Shown piece by piece: positions 51,461 to 64,000 of a stretch of 64,000 nucleotides of DNA (the first letter of the stretch is position 1; every line of letters begins with the position of its first letter). The position numbers and the translations under genes are program-made. The notes beneath the pieces were generated by a model that worked only from the letters and a program-made list of their open reading frames with translations, ran no database searches and was not told the origin of the DNA. The stretch comes from Eledone cirrhosa (taxonomy: Eukaryota), in assembly GCA_964016885.1 (NCBI GenBank), contig OZ024747.1, positions 25,358,001 to 25,422,000 of the forward strand, given 5' to 3'.

Positions 51461-51516
51461 GTATGATGAGCCTCCAAGCCATCGAAACGGCTTGAGCTCT
51501 GCCGTCAGGGTCATAC
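51461..51516 (+). ncRNA. Damaged type I hammerhead-like motif at the start of a probable Penelope-type terminal fragment (to ~51604)
   Basis: (a)UGAUGA-G...C-GAAA-CGGC-uugagcucu-GCCG-UC-AGGGUCAUAC has a perfect stem III and GUC triplet, but C3 is missing and stems I and II are poor. Confidence 0.45.
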
Positions 51517-52444
51517 TTTTTCCTATTTCCCACTCTACTACCCTAAGTATTGAGTACTCTGGTGCGTTATGGTCCATCTGGTTCCTTACCACAATTCCTT
51601 TGTTATATATATATATATAGTATGTGTCTGTACTTATGTCTACTGTTTGATTATGTGCCATAACTCAGCAGTTCAACAAAAAGAGATTGATAAAATAAGT
51701 ATAGCAGATTTGGAAAAAAATATGTTCTGAGGTGGATACGAAATATTAAATCCTTTTAAAGTGGTGTCTCCTCATAGCCACAGCTAAATGACTGAAACCA
51801 GTAAAAGAATAAAAGAATGTGTGTGTGGATATATATACATACACAAATGCATGAGTATATACTAATCTGTTTCTCTGTGCATTTGTGTGTGTGTATCATC
51901 ATCATCATCGTTTAACGTCCATCTTCCAAGGTAGTATGGGTTAGACAGGTTTGTGTCACTTGAGGCAAGATTGGTCGGGTGACTGTGTCTCGCTCATATA
52001 GAACTGCTTCTGGCTGGTTTTCTACAGCTGAATGCCCTTCCTAGTGCCAACCACATTTACAGTGTGGACTGGAAGCCTTTTTACCGTGTCTCCTACACAA
52101 CCACTTTACACCATGGACTGGATGTATATATATATATATATATACACACACATCCCCCCAAAATGTATATACACTTTGATTAGAATGCCGTTGAAGTATG
52201 TATACATTCTTTTGGGACAAGCTGTGTGTGTGTATATATATACACATATATATATATATATACGTTTACATGTATATCATTTTATAATTTGAAATTATGC
52301 ATACATATGTATGTAGAATGTGAGGTGTGTATATATGATGGGAGTAAAATACTGTGTATGTATGTAAAACAATCAACATCAAGCAAAAACAACAACATCA
52401 GACATGTAGATAGACAGATAGGTAGTGATTGAGTGAGAGATTAA

Positions 52445-52732
52445 TGATTGAGAGATAGAGAGATAGAGAGGATATGTTGATAGATAGAGAGGATGTGTTG
52501 ATAGATAGAGAGATAGAGAGGATGTGTTGATAGATAGAGAGGATATGTTGATAGATAGAGAGATTGAGAGGATATGTTGATAGATAGAGAGGATGTGTTG
52601 ATAGATAGAGAGGATATGTTGATAGATAGAGAGATAGAGAGGATATGTTGATAGATAGAGAAGATGTGTTGATAGATAGAGAGGATATGTTGATAGATAG
52701 AGAGATTAATAGACTGAGAGATAGAGAGAGGA
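52445..52732. repeat. Minisatellite of 21/29-bp units built on GATA
   Basis: GATAGATAGAGAGGAT(A/G)TGTT is repeated about ten times, with an optional extra GATAGAGA. Confidence 0.9.
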
Positions 52733-52896
52733 AATGTGGATAAAGTTGTGAAAAAAATGAAGAATTCCAAACAAATTTGGATAGTTAGATAATATATATA
52801 GCATTAAAATAGAGAGAAGCTAAAAGAAACTGAATGAGTTTATATATATTATAGAAATGACATATATATATATATAATTCAAAAGTAAAAGATATA

Positions 52897-52940
<44 letters not shown>

Positions 52941-53019
52941 GAGAGAGAGAGAGAAAAGACCATATATCCAAGAGAATACACAAACATCAAACATATTTAA
53001 TGTTTTGATACCTCACATT

Positions 53020-53375
<356 letters not shown>

Positions 53376-53561
53376 AGGTGTGGGCACTAACGGAAGGAAA
53401 AGAGCAAGTGGAAGTTGTAGTTGTATTAACAGTTTGACTTATGTCCACATTACCAGCGTCTATCCCATCAGATGCATGGAAAATATATAATTAAAAAGAG
53501 AGAAAGTTAAATGTGACTGAATAACACTATATGTATGTGTGTATATATATATACACACACA

Positions 53562-53661
53562 CAGGGTGTCCCCCAAAAATGTGTACGTGCTTCAAAAGCA
53601 TTCTAATAAATATTGCCTGTACAGGTAATCAAAGTGTATATACATTTTTTGGGACACCCTG
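53562..53661. mobile_element. 100-bp Tc1/mariner-type MITE
   Basis: TIRs CAGGGTGTCCCCCAAAAATGTGTA / TATACATTTTTTGGGACACCCTG followed by TA, sitting in a (TA)/(CA) microsatellite. A decayed inverted copy is at ~52150-52224. Confidence 0.8.
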
Positions 53662-53663
53662 TA

Positions 53664-53702
<39 letters not shown>

Positions 53703-53808
53703 CCATCTTTTGATCTTATATTATGTATACTCCAGTCCTACAAACTGTAGAGTGCTTCTTATCCGATATCTGCATTGCTTTATTGTACTACAATAAAACT
53801 CACCTCCT

Positions 53809-53866
<58 letters not shown>

Positions 53867-54448
53867 GGAATTTTATTTCTCGCATACTTTTATATATATA
53901 TTTAATATAGAAATGGCTTCTACTCTGCTATGTATTGAGTACCTTACTTACTGTGCTTACCCCCGATTGAACCCAGGATACACTCACACACACACATCAG
54001 TTGACTTAAGAAGTATTGGGAAAATTTGAAATGTGTGCGTCCCAACTCAAATGAGCATAATAATTATAGTCAATCCCTATACATATTAGTTCAGAAAATC
54101 AGGTAAAGTAGCACCGGAGACGTAAAAAATGTGGACAGACAGAGGCACCTATGTCCACATTTTCCCCGTCTCCAGATATACTTCACCTTTTTTCCCCTCA
54201 ACTATTATTTATTTATAGTGATCGACTGTTATCGTAATTTCCATTGGGATGACTACATACTGTATTAAAATACATAGAAAAAGTTAAAGAGATTGAATGA
54301 GAATTTATGAGGTATATGAATAGCTATATAAAATATACATATATTATTATTATTATAAATAGAGAGAAAAGGCTAAAAAAAGACTGAATGAGAAGAATAT
54401 GTGAGAATGTGAGTCACCTGTCTTGTGAGTGTTCCCAGCAACTGAGTA

Positions 54449-54805
54449 GTGGCTGGAATATAATCCTTGGGAGACAGGTTCTTAACATTGAAACAGTACA
54501 CTTTTACCCAGGTACTACTGATAGACACTGCCTGTGTACCTCTCTCTGACTGTGTCACACTGTGACTCTCTGGGTTACTGTTTCTGTGGCTGGAATATAA
54601 TCCTTGGGAGACAGGTTCTTAACATTTACACAGAACCCTTCTATCCAGGTACTACTGATAGATGCTGTCTCTGTGCCTGTCTGTGACTCAGTGTTGCTAT
54701 GTCTGTGGCTGGAATATAATCCTTGGGAGACAGGTTCTTAATATTTACACAGAACCCTTCTATCCAGGTACTACTGATAGATGCTGTCTCTGTGCCTGTC
54801 TGTGC
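54449..54805. repeat. Three tandem copies of a ~120-137-bp unit
   Basis: GTGGCTGGAATATAATCCTTGGGAGACAGGTTCTTAA...CCAGGTACTACTGATAGA starts at 54449, 54586 and 54705. Confidence 0.92.
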
Positions 54806-54939
54806 CACAGTGTTCCTGTCTGTCTCTCTGTGTTTTTGTGCCTCTGTGAAGTTTGGCAAACTTAAGGTGAATCAAGATCAATGTAAGCGTGCTTTCAGAC
54901 AGTACATCTCTCTCCACAGAAGTTCCATCATCAATGGTA

Positions 54940-55285
54940 CTGATAGTTGTAATAGTCGTAGTGGTGGTGGTGGTGAAGGTGCTTATAGAGGGGTTGGTGG
55001 TAGTTATAGTTGTAATGGTGGTGTAGGTACTTATAGTGGTAGTGGTGATGGTGGCTGCTGTAGTGGTGGAAGCTGTTATAGTGATGGTATCTGTTGCAAT
55101 GATGGTGGTGGTGGTGGTGGGCTGGTGGTGTAAGTACTTATAGTGGTGGTGGACAGAGGCACATTATAAACAATAGTTATAGTAGTAATAGTGGTGAAAG
55201 AAGTAGTAGTAGTAGTAGTGGTGGTGGTGTTGAAGGTAGTAGTAGTGTTGATGGTAGTATAGGTAGTAGTTGTAGTGGTAGTGGA
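54940..55285. repeat. Low-complexity degenerate (GGT)n/(AGT)n tract
   Basis: GTG/GTA triplet runs; source of the Gly-rich and Thr-rich ORFs. Confidence 0.85.
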
Positions 55286-55725
55286 TCTAGTTTGAATGTG
55301 TTCATTAAGAGAGCAATCTCCCTTTCTCACAGTGACAGCACCTCTCTTACCATACCTTTCTCTCACTACACCCCCCTCTCTTTCTCAATGTCTATCTATC
55401 ACTCCTTTCTCTACACCTGTCTCTCTTTCCCCTATCTCACTTTTTCTCTCTATCTCTCTTTGTATTTATTTTTTTCTTCCGAGGTTCTGTCCTGCTGACA
55501 AGGTTGGAAATACCACCACCACCACCACCACCACCACTCCTTTTACTCATTATCTTTCTATCTCTTTCACATGCTAACACATCCACACTCAAACATACAT
55601 GCTAACACACTCTAACATATACATACATGCTAACACCTGCAGCGACCATTTCCTCTATCTTGTCTAATTTCTTCTTTCATTCACTTCATTCATGTATTTC
55701 TTCCTCTTAATCTTCCTTAATGTGT

Positions 55726-55759
<34 letters not shown>

Positions 55760-58700
55760 CGTGCATGTGTGTGTCTGTGTGTGTGTGTGTGTGTGTGTGT
55801 TGTCAGCTGATAATGTTGGAATGGATGGCCAGTCAGTATGTCAGTGGAGTCCATCCTAGTTCTTGTATACACAGCTGAGATATTTCATTAGTTCTCACCA
55901 GTAAACATACACACTCACACACACCTCGAGACACACATACACACAAAAAAAGAGACACACACACACACACACGTATGCATTGTTGTAGAACCTCTGTTAG
56001 TTCCAACTACAAGTATTCCAGCTCATTCAATCAACAGAGCCTATTTATGAAATTAATGTACAACTAGCTGAGCATTCCACAGACACGTGTACTTTTAATA
56101 TAGTTCTCAAAGAGACCCAATGCAAGACTGTATGACAAAGCTAGCCATTTGAATTACAGGTACAACTCCTTTTTTGCCAGTTGAGTGGACTGGAGTGACT
56201 TAAAATAAAGCATTTTGTTGAAGTTTAAAAAATTGAAGTCTGTCCCGAACAGGGAGATTTACCAGGTCAGTGCTTGTTTCGGTTTCATTGACGTTAAGCA
56301 GCTGAAAGTTCCAGACTTCCACTGGACACGCCGCCAGTCCATAGCAGGGTTAACCTCCAGCTTGCTGGCATTTATGTTCAGCTGAGTGGACTGGAACAAC
56401 TTGAAATTAAGTGTTTTGTTCAAGAACATCATAACCCACAACATTATAATCCATTAACCACTAGGCCATACACACACTTTAGAATTTTCACTCCACTTTC
56501 ATGCTCTATGTAACTTTACAGAATTCTTTATCTATTTGTCTTTCTCTCACACAAACATAGAAACTCATACAGGTCAGACAGAGCCAGTTTGAACTTTGAC
56601 CACCGCCCCTTAAACCTCTTGTAATTGTTACAGGTAACAAACACTGACCTCTACAAGAAGTGTCTGTTGTTGTTTCACTCCCCGCCACCACTAAAAAAAA
56701 AAAATTATAAAGAGTTATCGCCCCCTCCACAGTATAATGCTCCTTCTCCTTCCTCGCATATAGAAAGTACACCACTACCACTATCACCACATCCCAGACA
56801 GACTATCCAAAAATACTAAAATAACTGCTACTATTAACAGGAAACAAGTGTTATTACGATACCACCACCACAATCATCACAACGACTCCCGTCATTACCA
56901 CCACCATCATCATCATGACCCCCCCCCCGTCATTACCACCACCACAACTACTCCCACTACTAGACCTTTAATAAACAGTAACTATTTAATTGGCTTAAAA
57001 TAGAGAAACCATAGCAGGGGGGGGGGGGGGGTAGTAAGGGACGAGAGAGAGAGAGAGATGGTGGCCCCTGTGGTAGTGAAAGGCACTTAGAGATTAGGGT
57101 GTTGAGCTCAAAATCCTAAGGTTGTGAGTTCAATTCTCAGACCAGACAGCATGTGTCCTTGAGCAAGACATTTTATTTTATTTTTGCTCCAGTCCCCACA
57201 GCTGGAAGAAATGATTTGCAGTACTACTGTTGCTAAGCTGTATTGATCCACATACTTCATCCTGTTCATATCAAAACCTCTGAAACAGATGCTGGTTCTA
57301 TGATATAAAACTATTTATATTTATATACAACTTTTCATCATAATTTTATGTAAGAACCTTTGTTAAGTTATATCCCAAACACCAGCATAATAATGACATT
57401 TTTTACTACCTGAAAATGCCCCTGGTTCTCCAATACAAAGTTTTTCTACAAAGTGTATTTACCTGAAATCCTTCATCATAATTTTATATAAGAACCTTTG
57501 TTAAGTTATGTTCGAAACACCAGCTTAATAATTACAAAGTTGGTTATATTACTAAACCCATCCAAATTCTTGATTATTTTTTAAATTATTTGAAAATTAT
57601 AGGCAGTGTTTTCATTAAGAATATAGTAAAAAAAAGGGTTAAAGAGGTGTCAAATATTGACTTACTAGCAGCATATTGATAAAAATTAAAGGAAAGTAAC
57701 CTTTAATCATTCAATTATTATTATTATCAAGATAGGCCAATATGTTGACGTAAATACATAAGTTTTTAATTTCATCTCTCAATGATATCAGTTTGAATCT
57801 AAGAAGGTATTTTACTTTTCAGCCCTTAGGAAGGTTGGTAAAATGAATGACAAAGGTTAAAGTCTGTCTCAAGCCCAAAGGTCCAATCAGGCTAGAACTT
57901 ATCCCAGTTTCATTAGTGTTAAGTGACTGAGAGTAAAAATCTCTATCCTGGACAGGATGCCAATCCATTGCAGGATTAAAGCCCAGTTACTGCTGAGTTG
58001 ATTACGATCATCAGCCAAACTCCCTTTACATGATTAAGATATAAAACAAAATAAATATAACTATGTTTCAGAAGCAAAAGTTTAGATAAATCAGCCTGTT
58101 ACATTAAAGCATTTCTTTACAATATCTCTGATGAAAGATACTGCCAATGATTTTCAATTAATTTTGAAAATAATCAAGAATTTGGAAGGATTTAGTAATA
58201 TAACTAACTTATTCATTATCATGCTGGTGTTTAAAACAGAACTTAAAGGTTCTTACATAAAATTTTAAAGGATGATTTTAGATAAATATATAAACACTTT
58301 AAAATATACAGTTTGGTACCAAAAGGGTTAATAAACAGCCTCCCTATCTCAATTGACATTTCTTATTCATTTTGTTTTTTATAGGATATAGTTTTTTTTT
58401 TATAAACAGTTAACCTTTTTGGTACCAGACCTTGTTCTATAACATTACACAAACTGTTTATTTTAAAACCTTCCATCATAATTTTATGCAATAACTCTTG
58501 ATAAATTATGCTTCATATACCAGCTTAATCATGAAAAAGTTAGTTATATTACTAAAACCTTTAAACTTTTGAAGTTATGTTCCAAACACCAGCTAAATAA
58601 TGAGAAAGTAAGTTTTGTAACTAAATCCCTCTAAATTCTTGATTATTTTCAAAATGATATGAAATTCATAAAGAGTCTTTCATTAAAAGTATGGCATTGA

Positions 58701-60312
58701 AAGGGTTAAATACTTGATGTAGTCCTTTGAGAGAATAAAGTTGAATAAGAAGTAGATCATCTGATGTAGGATCAACTGTGGCATATGTTTATATGCAACA
58801 GGCTGAATTACTTTTTTAACATCCCATGTCAAATAATCAATGAAGCAGAAAGCAATGAATAATTACTAAGACAGTGATGTGATGAGAGAGAGAGAAAGAG
58901 AGAGAGAGAGAAAGAGAGAGAGAGAACGAGAGAGAGAGAGAAAGAGAGAGAGAATCTGGGAGAATTTACTCCAATGTTTTAAAAATCCTACTATTTAAGT
59001 GTGTGTGTTTGTCTCTGCACATGCCTTCATACTGACACTGCTGAAAAAAACTATTTGTTTATGTCCCACATAAATAATGTCCCCCAGCTTAGAAGGGCCT
59101 CCATCCACAAAATACTGCCTCAAAAATAACTTGTCCAACCCATGCCTGTATTGAAAAGAAGAAGTAAAAGGAACGCTGACACACACACATATATACGAGT
59201 GTGTGCATATGTTGGGCCTAAATCGATTTTGTGTGTGTATGTAATGGCATAATGGCTAGAGATGTTTAGCTGAATGCTCAGACACTTGCATGCTAATTTC
59301 AAAAGTTGGCTGCTCCATTGACTGATTCAACTGGAATATTCATTGCAGAAACCAATGGGGATTCAAGAAGCACACGCATATTTGTGTGTGTATTATAATT
59401 TTTACATCTTTTCTATACAGGCATGGGTTAGAAAATATATTTTTGAGGCAGTATTTTATGGCTGGAGGCTCTATTAAGTAGTGGGACATAAATACATAAA
59501 TAGTAGGGAAACTAGAAAAATTGAGTACACAAACACTTTGTAGTATTTCTCCTGGCTCTATGCCCCCTGAGTTCAAATCCTGCCAAGGACAACTTTGCCT
59601 TTCATCTTTTTGGGGTTGATAAATAAAGCATTAGTCCCAGACAGTGGATTAGTGGAACTGTTATATGTCAGAGACAGTGCCTTGAGTAGGAAGGTGGTAT
59701 TGTTTAGCTCCAGGTTAACACTAATCCAGCAGATCTATGTTGAAGGACATTCCACCAGAGCTACCCCATCATATTTCCAGAACTACATTATTTAATATGT
59801 TGGTCCCTTTTTAAGACAGCAGGGTGTGATTTAGGGGGAAACTTCGTTGCTATTTCTAGCAGATTGAGTGACCAAGTAGGGATATTTCTTAACTCCATTG
59901 GAGTGTGAGAGACACATAAGTATTAAGCGTACAGAAAAATTGATTACACAGTAGCATAGAAAGCTCTGTCCACACATAGTGAGTGAGTGATTAGTCAAGC
60001 AGATACATATTCAGGTGATTCAGATGGCTGATCAATTATATAACGAGTCATTACTCTATGTTCTAGTCAAATGCTGTGTTGAGATCAAGGGCAACAACTC
60101 TTCCTTTGATAAAATTCTTATGAGAAAAAATATTGCTAGTGTGTAATGGTAGAGGCTTGGTTTTGTAGAACTTATCTACATGTCTAAATATGCATGCATA
60201 TCATACATTTATATATAGCACCATCATCATTTAACGTCCATTTTCCCTGCTAGCAAGGGTTGGACTATATATATATAAGTAATCAGGTCATAGCTATCTC
60301 AGTAGTGATAAG

Positions 60313-60359
60313 AATGCCAGATAGCTGTTTCTGGATCTTTGTCCATCATCAGTGACATT
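60313..60359 (-). ncRNA. Minimal type I hammerhead ribozyme motif (Penelope/retrozyme type)
   Basis: Minus strand AAUGUCA-CUGAUGA-UGGA-caaaga-UCCA-GAAA-CAGCU-AUC-UGGCAUU. It has a 7-bp stem I (one G-U pair), intact CUGANGA and GAAA boxes, a 4-bp stem II, a palindromic AGCU loop III and an AUC triplet. One C-A mismatch lies at pair 15.2-16.2. Confidence 0.7.
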
Positions 60360-60625
60360 TACTGACTTCCTATTGAAACACAAATATAGACCCATATGAT
60401 ATATATATATAAACATACATACATACATACATACATATAAGGTTGATGACAATTACTGGTTAGAATTGGTTGTAAAATTTAGAAAACACCTATTTTGCAT
60501 TAGATACAAAAAGGAAACCCTTGCATCTGTATGCCATTACATATGTAATAATATTAATAATAATCCTCATTATTTAACGCCTGTTTTCCCAGCTAGTGTA
60601 TATATATACACACATATATATATAT

Positions 60626-60714
<89 letters not shown>

Positions 60715-60824
60715 TACATATATGTGTGTGTGTGATATAAAAATGTTACATAATGTTATATAATATACAATAACATGAAAATAGTTAAAGGAGAGTCGAG
60801 TTTTATTTTTTTGCAAAAAAACTC

Positions 60825-60857
<33 letters not shown>

Positions 60858-61218
60858 ATCATCCTCATCTTGAACTAAAATTAAGGCAAAAAGTGGGTTC
60901 ATATTATACAAATACATGTTTTCAAACATTTCTCCTGAGGTTAACATTAGCCATTTCCAATGGCAAAATTGGAAATATACTTTGTTAAGCCTGCTTCTAC
61001 ATAAAATACTAAATATCTAACTGTTTTATGTTCTTCCACGTCATAAGGAACTCATTATTAAAGTAAAATATATTTGTGAGATCAAGAATTTTGTAGATAA
61101 CATGGGATAAGTTTACCAAAAAAAAAAATGTACATAAACATAGCTTTCTTTACTCAGGAGTGGTATTATACATATGGATGCAATTTAACTTTAAAAACAG
61201 GAATTGTATTATATTTAA

Positions 61219-61435
61219 CCCTTTAGCATTTACATTACTCTATATATACTATTATATATTCATGGTAAAGTCCTTACCTCCCATAATTATCTCACACAAT
61301 ATCAAATCTATGAAATTTTGATATTATTTATTTTGAGAACAATACCTTAACATCAGTATGAGGGGCTACAGCCAGTTTGAACAGAAAGGGGTGAGGAAAT
61401 TCTGGCCAGATAGAGCTGGTTTAAATGCTAAAGGG
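61219..61435. mobile_element. piggyBac-type MITE family 1 (217 bp)
   Basis: TTAA|CCCTTTAGCATTTA ... TAAATGCTAAAGGG|TTAA gives 14-bp TIRs and a TTAA duplication. Other copies lie at 1162-1365, 36768-36951 and ~40537-40757 (opposite orientation). Confidence 0.88.
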
Positions 61436-61563
61436 TTAAATCATACACACAAAAGAAATATGTTATTAGAAAGAAAAATCACCTCCTCACATAGTGGTAA
61501 AGAAAACTAAAATAAAATATTCAATAAAAGTTAAAAAGAAAAGAAAAAAAAAGGGTTACTCAC

Positions 61564-61806
61564 TCATCTGACTTTTCTGATTTGTTACTATCAGCCCAGG
61601 TCATCCTGGATTTATAATCACATGGTAATGTTGACCTTAAAGATCCATCACAACGATTGAAATTTTGGTAAGAATTTGAAGAGCCTGCTGCAAAGGTATG
61701 AGACTTGGGTAGGTTACGACAACCATCGATGGTATTACGTTCCTCGGATATTGTACTTCTCGTAACACCACCAACGGTTCGCCGAGCGTACCGCTTGCTA
61801 GGTGAC
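61564..61806 (-). CDS. PTPN4: Internal coding exon (243 nt, phase 2/2) of a PTPN4/Ptpmeg-like FERM-PDZ-PTP tyrosine phosphatase; end of FERM-adjacent region and linker
   Basis: Acceptor tttctttgtttttaatttgcag|GTCACC and donor GATGA|gtgagt on the minus strand. Open frame (R)SPSKRYARRTVGGVTRSTISEERNTIDGCRNLPKSHTF...DSNKSEKSD resembles, from memory, PTPN4 RSPSKPLARK...SRNSISDDRLETQSLP. CpG-retaining island in AT-rich DNA. Exon status is strong; orthology is an inference from a short motif. Confidence 0.75.
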
Positions 61807-62107
61807 CTGCAAATTAAAAACAAAGAAACTGTTCTGATTAAACAAATAAACCAACAATAATAACAAAAAAAACCAAAAAAAAAAACAATTATTTTAAAAG
61901 AAAATTATAAATGAAACAAATAATTACAACAAACAACATAAAAAAATACATACATATATATATACACACACACATATATATAATGCTATATTATATATAC
62001 AGATATATGTATATATATATATAATTAAACTTTCATTTGGACAACTGGAAAAAAATTTACATATAAGAATTCAGTTATTGATTCTATATCCTCCAAGTGT
62101 AGGAAAA

Positions 62108-62173
<66 letters not shown>

Positions 62174-64000
62174 TGCATACACACAAACATAATTTTCATT
62201 TAGGTTCAGAGACATTTTTGTAAAAAGGTGCTAAGAAGTATGAAAAAGATTAAATACAAAGTGTATTACTGGTTAAGTTACAGTATAAGTATAAATAAAT
62301 AGACATATACATACATCTAATCTACTTCAGTATAAATAGACATATACATACATCTAGTCTACTTAAGTATAAGTATCCATTTAGTCAATTTAAGTAAAAA
62401 TATACATATACATACAACTAGGCTACTTAAGTATAAATATATATACATAGAGTCTATTTAAGTATAAATATATATATACATACATATGTATATATCTATA
62501 TATATATATACACATTTATGATCTCACTTAGGTTCGCAAGCCTTTTTGTAAAATGGTGCCAAGAAGTACAAACATGATTAATCTCACAGCGTATTACTGG
62601 TAAAGTTACAGAAGAACCAGAGTGGTTAAATGCACTGTTTTGAATCAGGAAATAAAAGGCAGTGTGCTAGAAACTTCTGTCAAGTCTAATTCATTATTTT
62701 TTGGAAATAACCGAGACTGTGGATGGTGTAGTGCTTTGTTTGCTCTCTATTAATGAACCTGTGTTACTTAGAACACCTTGTAGACATTAATGAAAATATA
62801 AACAGCTATGTAGAGAGGCCGAGAGCTGTTATATGACCACTGTCCTTGAAGAAATGTTAAGAAGAATCTCATTATCATTTCATCAACCCATGCTAACGTG
62901 GAAGATCGACATTAAACGAAGATGATGATGATGATGATGGTGATGATGATTAATTTTTAATAAAACTAACATAAATAATTGAGTTATGAGGAAAGTGGAA
63001 TTGGGAAATGTTGACACCAATGCTGTTCCCAAGGCGAGTAACTTAGCAACTAGATTGAACTGATAACTGAAAACCACATCACAGGCTATTGTTATTGTTA
63101 GACCCCCACCTTGGTTACAACGACAAGTGTTCCAGTTGTTTGATGAATGGAACAGCCTACACATGAAATTAAAATGCAAGTGGCTGAACATTTCTCAGAC
63201 ACATGATCTTCTTGGGAAGATTCACTGTGACATTGTTTGACAAGCCTGCCCCTCTTAGTTACAGGTACAACTCATTTTTTTCCAGATGAATGGAGTGGAG
63301 CAATATGAAATAAAGTGCCTTGTTCAGTATACAACATACCACCAGTAAGCAAATTCACAGCCTTATGATCTTGAGCAAAACACCCCTACCACTAAGCTAT
63401 GCACCTTCACTAAGACTTTAGAGGTGACTTGGACATAACACTGAAAGTTTTCACTAAGTGTTAAGGAGGGCTGGTATAAGAAGTCCTTGCTATTTTCTAT
63501 AGTACATATATCCAAGAGGCAGCAAATTCACAGTCATTAGAATGTGGGATACTGTGTTCGTTTGGTCTCTGAATTCAGATCCCATCAAGGTCAACTTTGC
63601 CGTTCATCCTTTTGAGGTCAATAAAAAATGTACCAGTTCAGTACTGGGGTCAATTTTTTGAGATTGTTGTTTGTTTACATCCAGACTTAACAAGGGCCTA
63701 AATTTTTACAGTGGCTACATCAAAACTTTATATCTTTATATATAAAGTTGGAAGGAGAAGACAGCCTGACAAGGAAGGTAGTGACTCCAAATAAATAAGA
63801 TGGCATGAAAAAGATATAGGCTTGTAAGTCATAGTCATGGCAACCCATCTAGGAGAGCAGATACACTAAATAAAAACTGATAAAGAGTAGAGAGGACCCT
63901 TCAGTCTTACCAGACAATTTCTCTAGGACTAGTGGCATGATAAAATGCATCCAGCCCAGAAAAAACCCCTGCTAAAACCATGAAGAGCATAACCCATGAA

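Noticed and set aside
50940-51620. 226-aa ORF containing a C2H-type finger
   Set aside because: It runs through a retroelement 3' end and (TA)n microsatellite; not a gene.
54723-55366. Gly-rich and Thr-rich ORFs
   Set aside because: Products of degenerate (GGT)/(AGT) low-complexity sequence with no splice signals or domain.

Overview
AT-rich, repeat-dense animal genomic DNA, not prokaryotic. The SINE/RTE content, (TGA)n tails and microsatellite load suggest an octopus-like cephalopod (inference). Most of the window is intron of a minus-strand gene whose exons resemble the FERM-adjacent-to-PDZ linker of the tyrosine phosphatase PTPN4/Ptpmeg. Two well-supported, phase-compatible exons (61564-61806 and 21854-21971) are separated by a ~39.6 kb intron, and a weaker candidate exon lies at 859-917. 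That intron holds an 11.3 kb array of ~164 near-identical 69-bp units with internal higher-order structure, two young convergent 5'-truncated RTE LINEs, and a bipartite RTE-derived element. The introns also carry older RTE, Jockey/CR1-like, CRE-like and mariner fossils, two tRNA-SINE families, two TTAA/piggyBac-type MITE families and a Tc1-type MITE. The most notable items are a near-intact minimal hammerhead ribozyme on the gene's sense strand (60313-60359), module swapping between RTE LINE ends and SINEs, and the birth history of the satellite readable from its flanks. Most ORFs in the supplied track are spurious microsatellite or antisense frames. I found no convincing novel multi-gene system and no CRISPR array.
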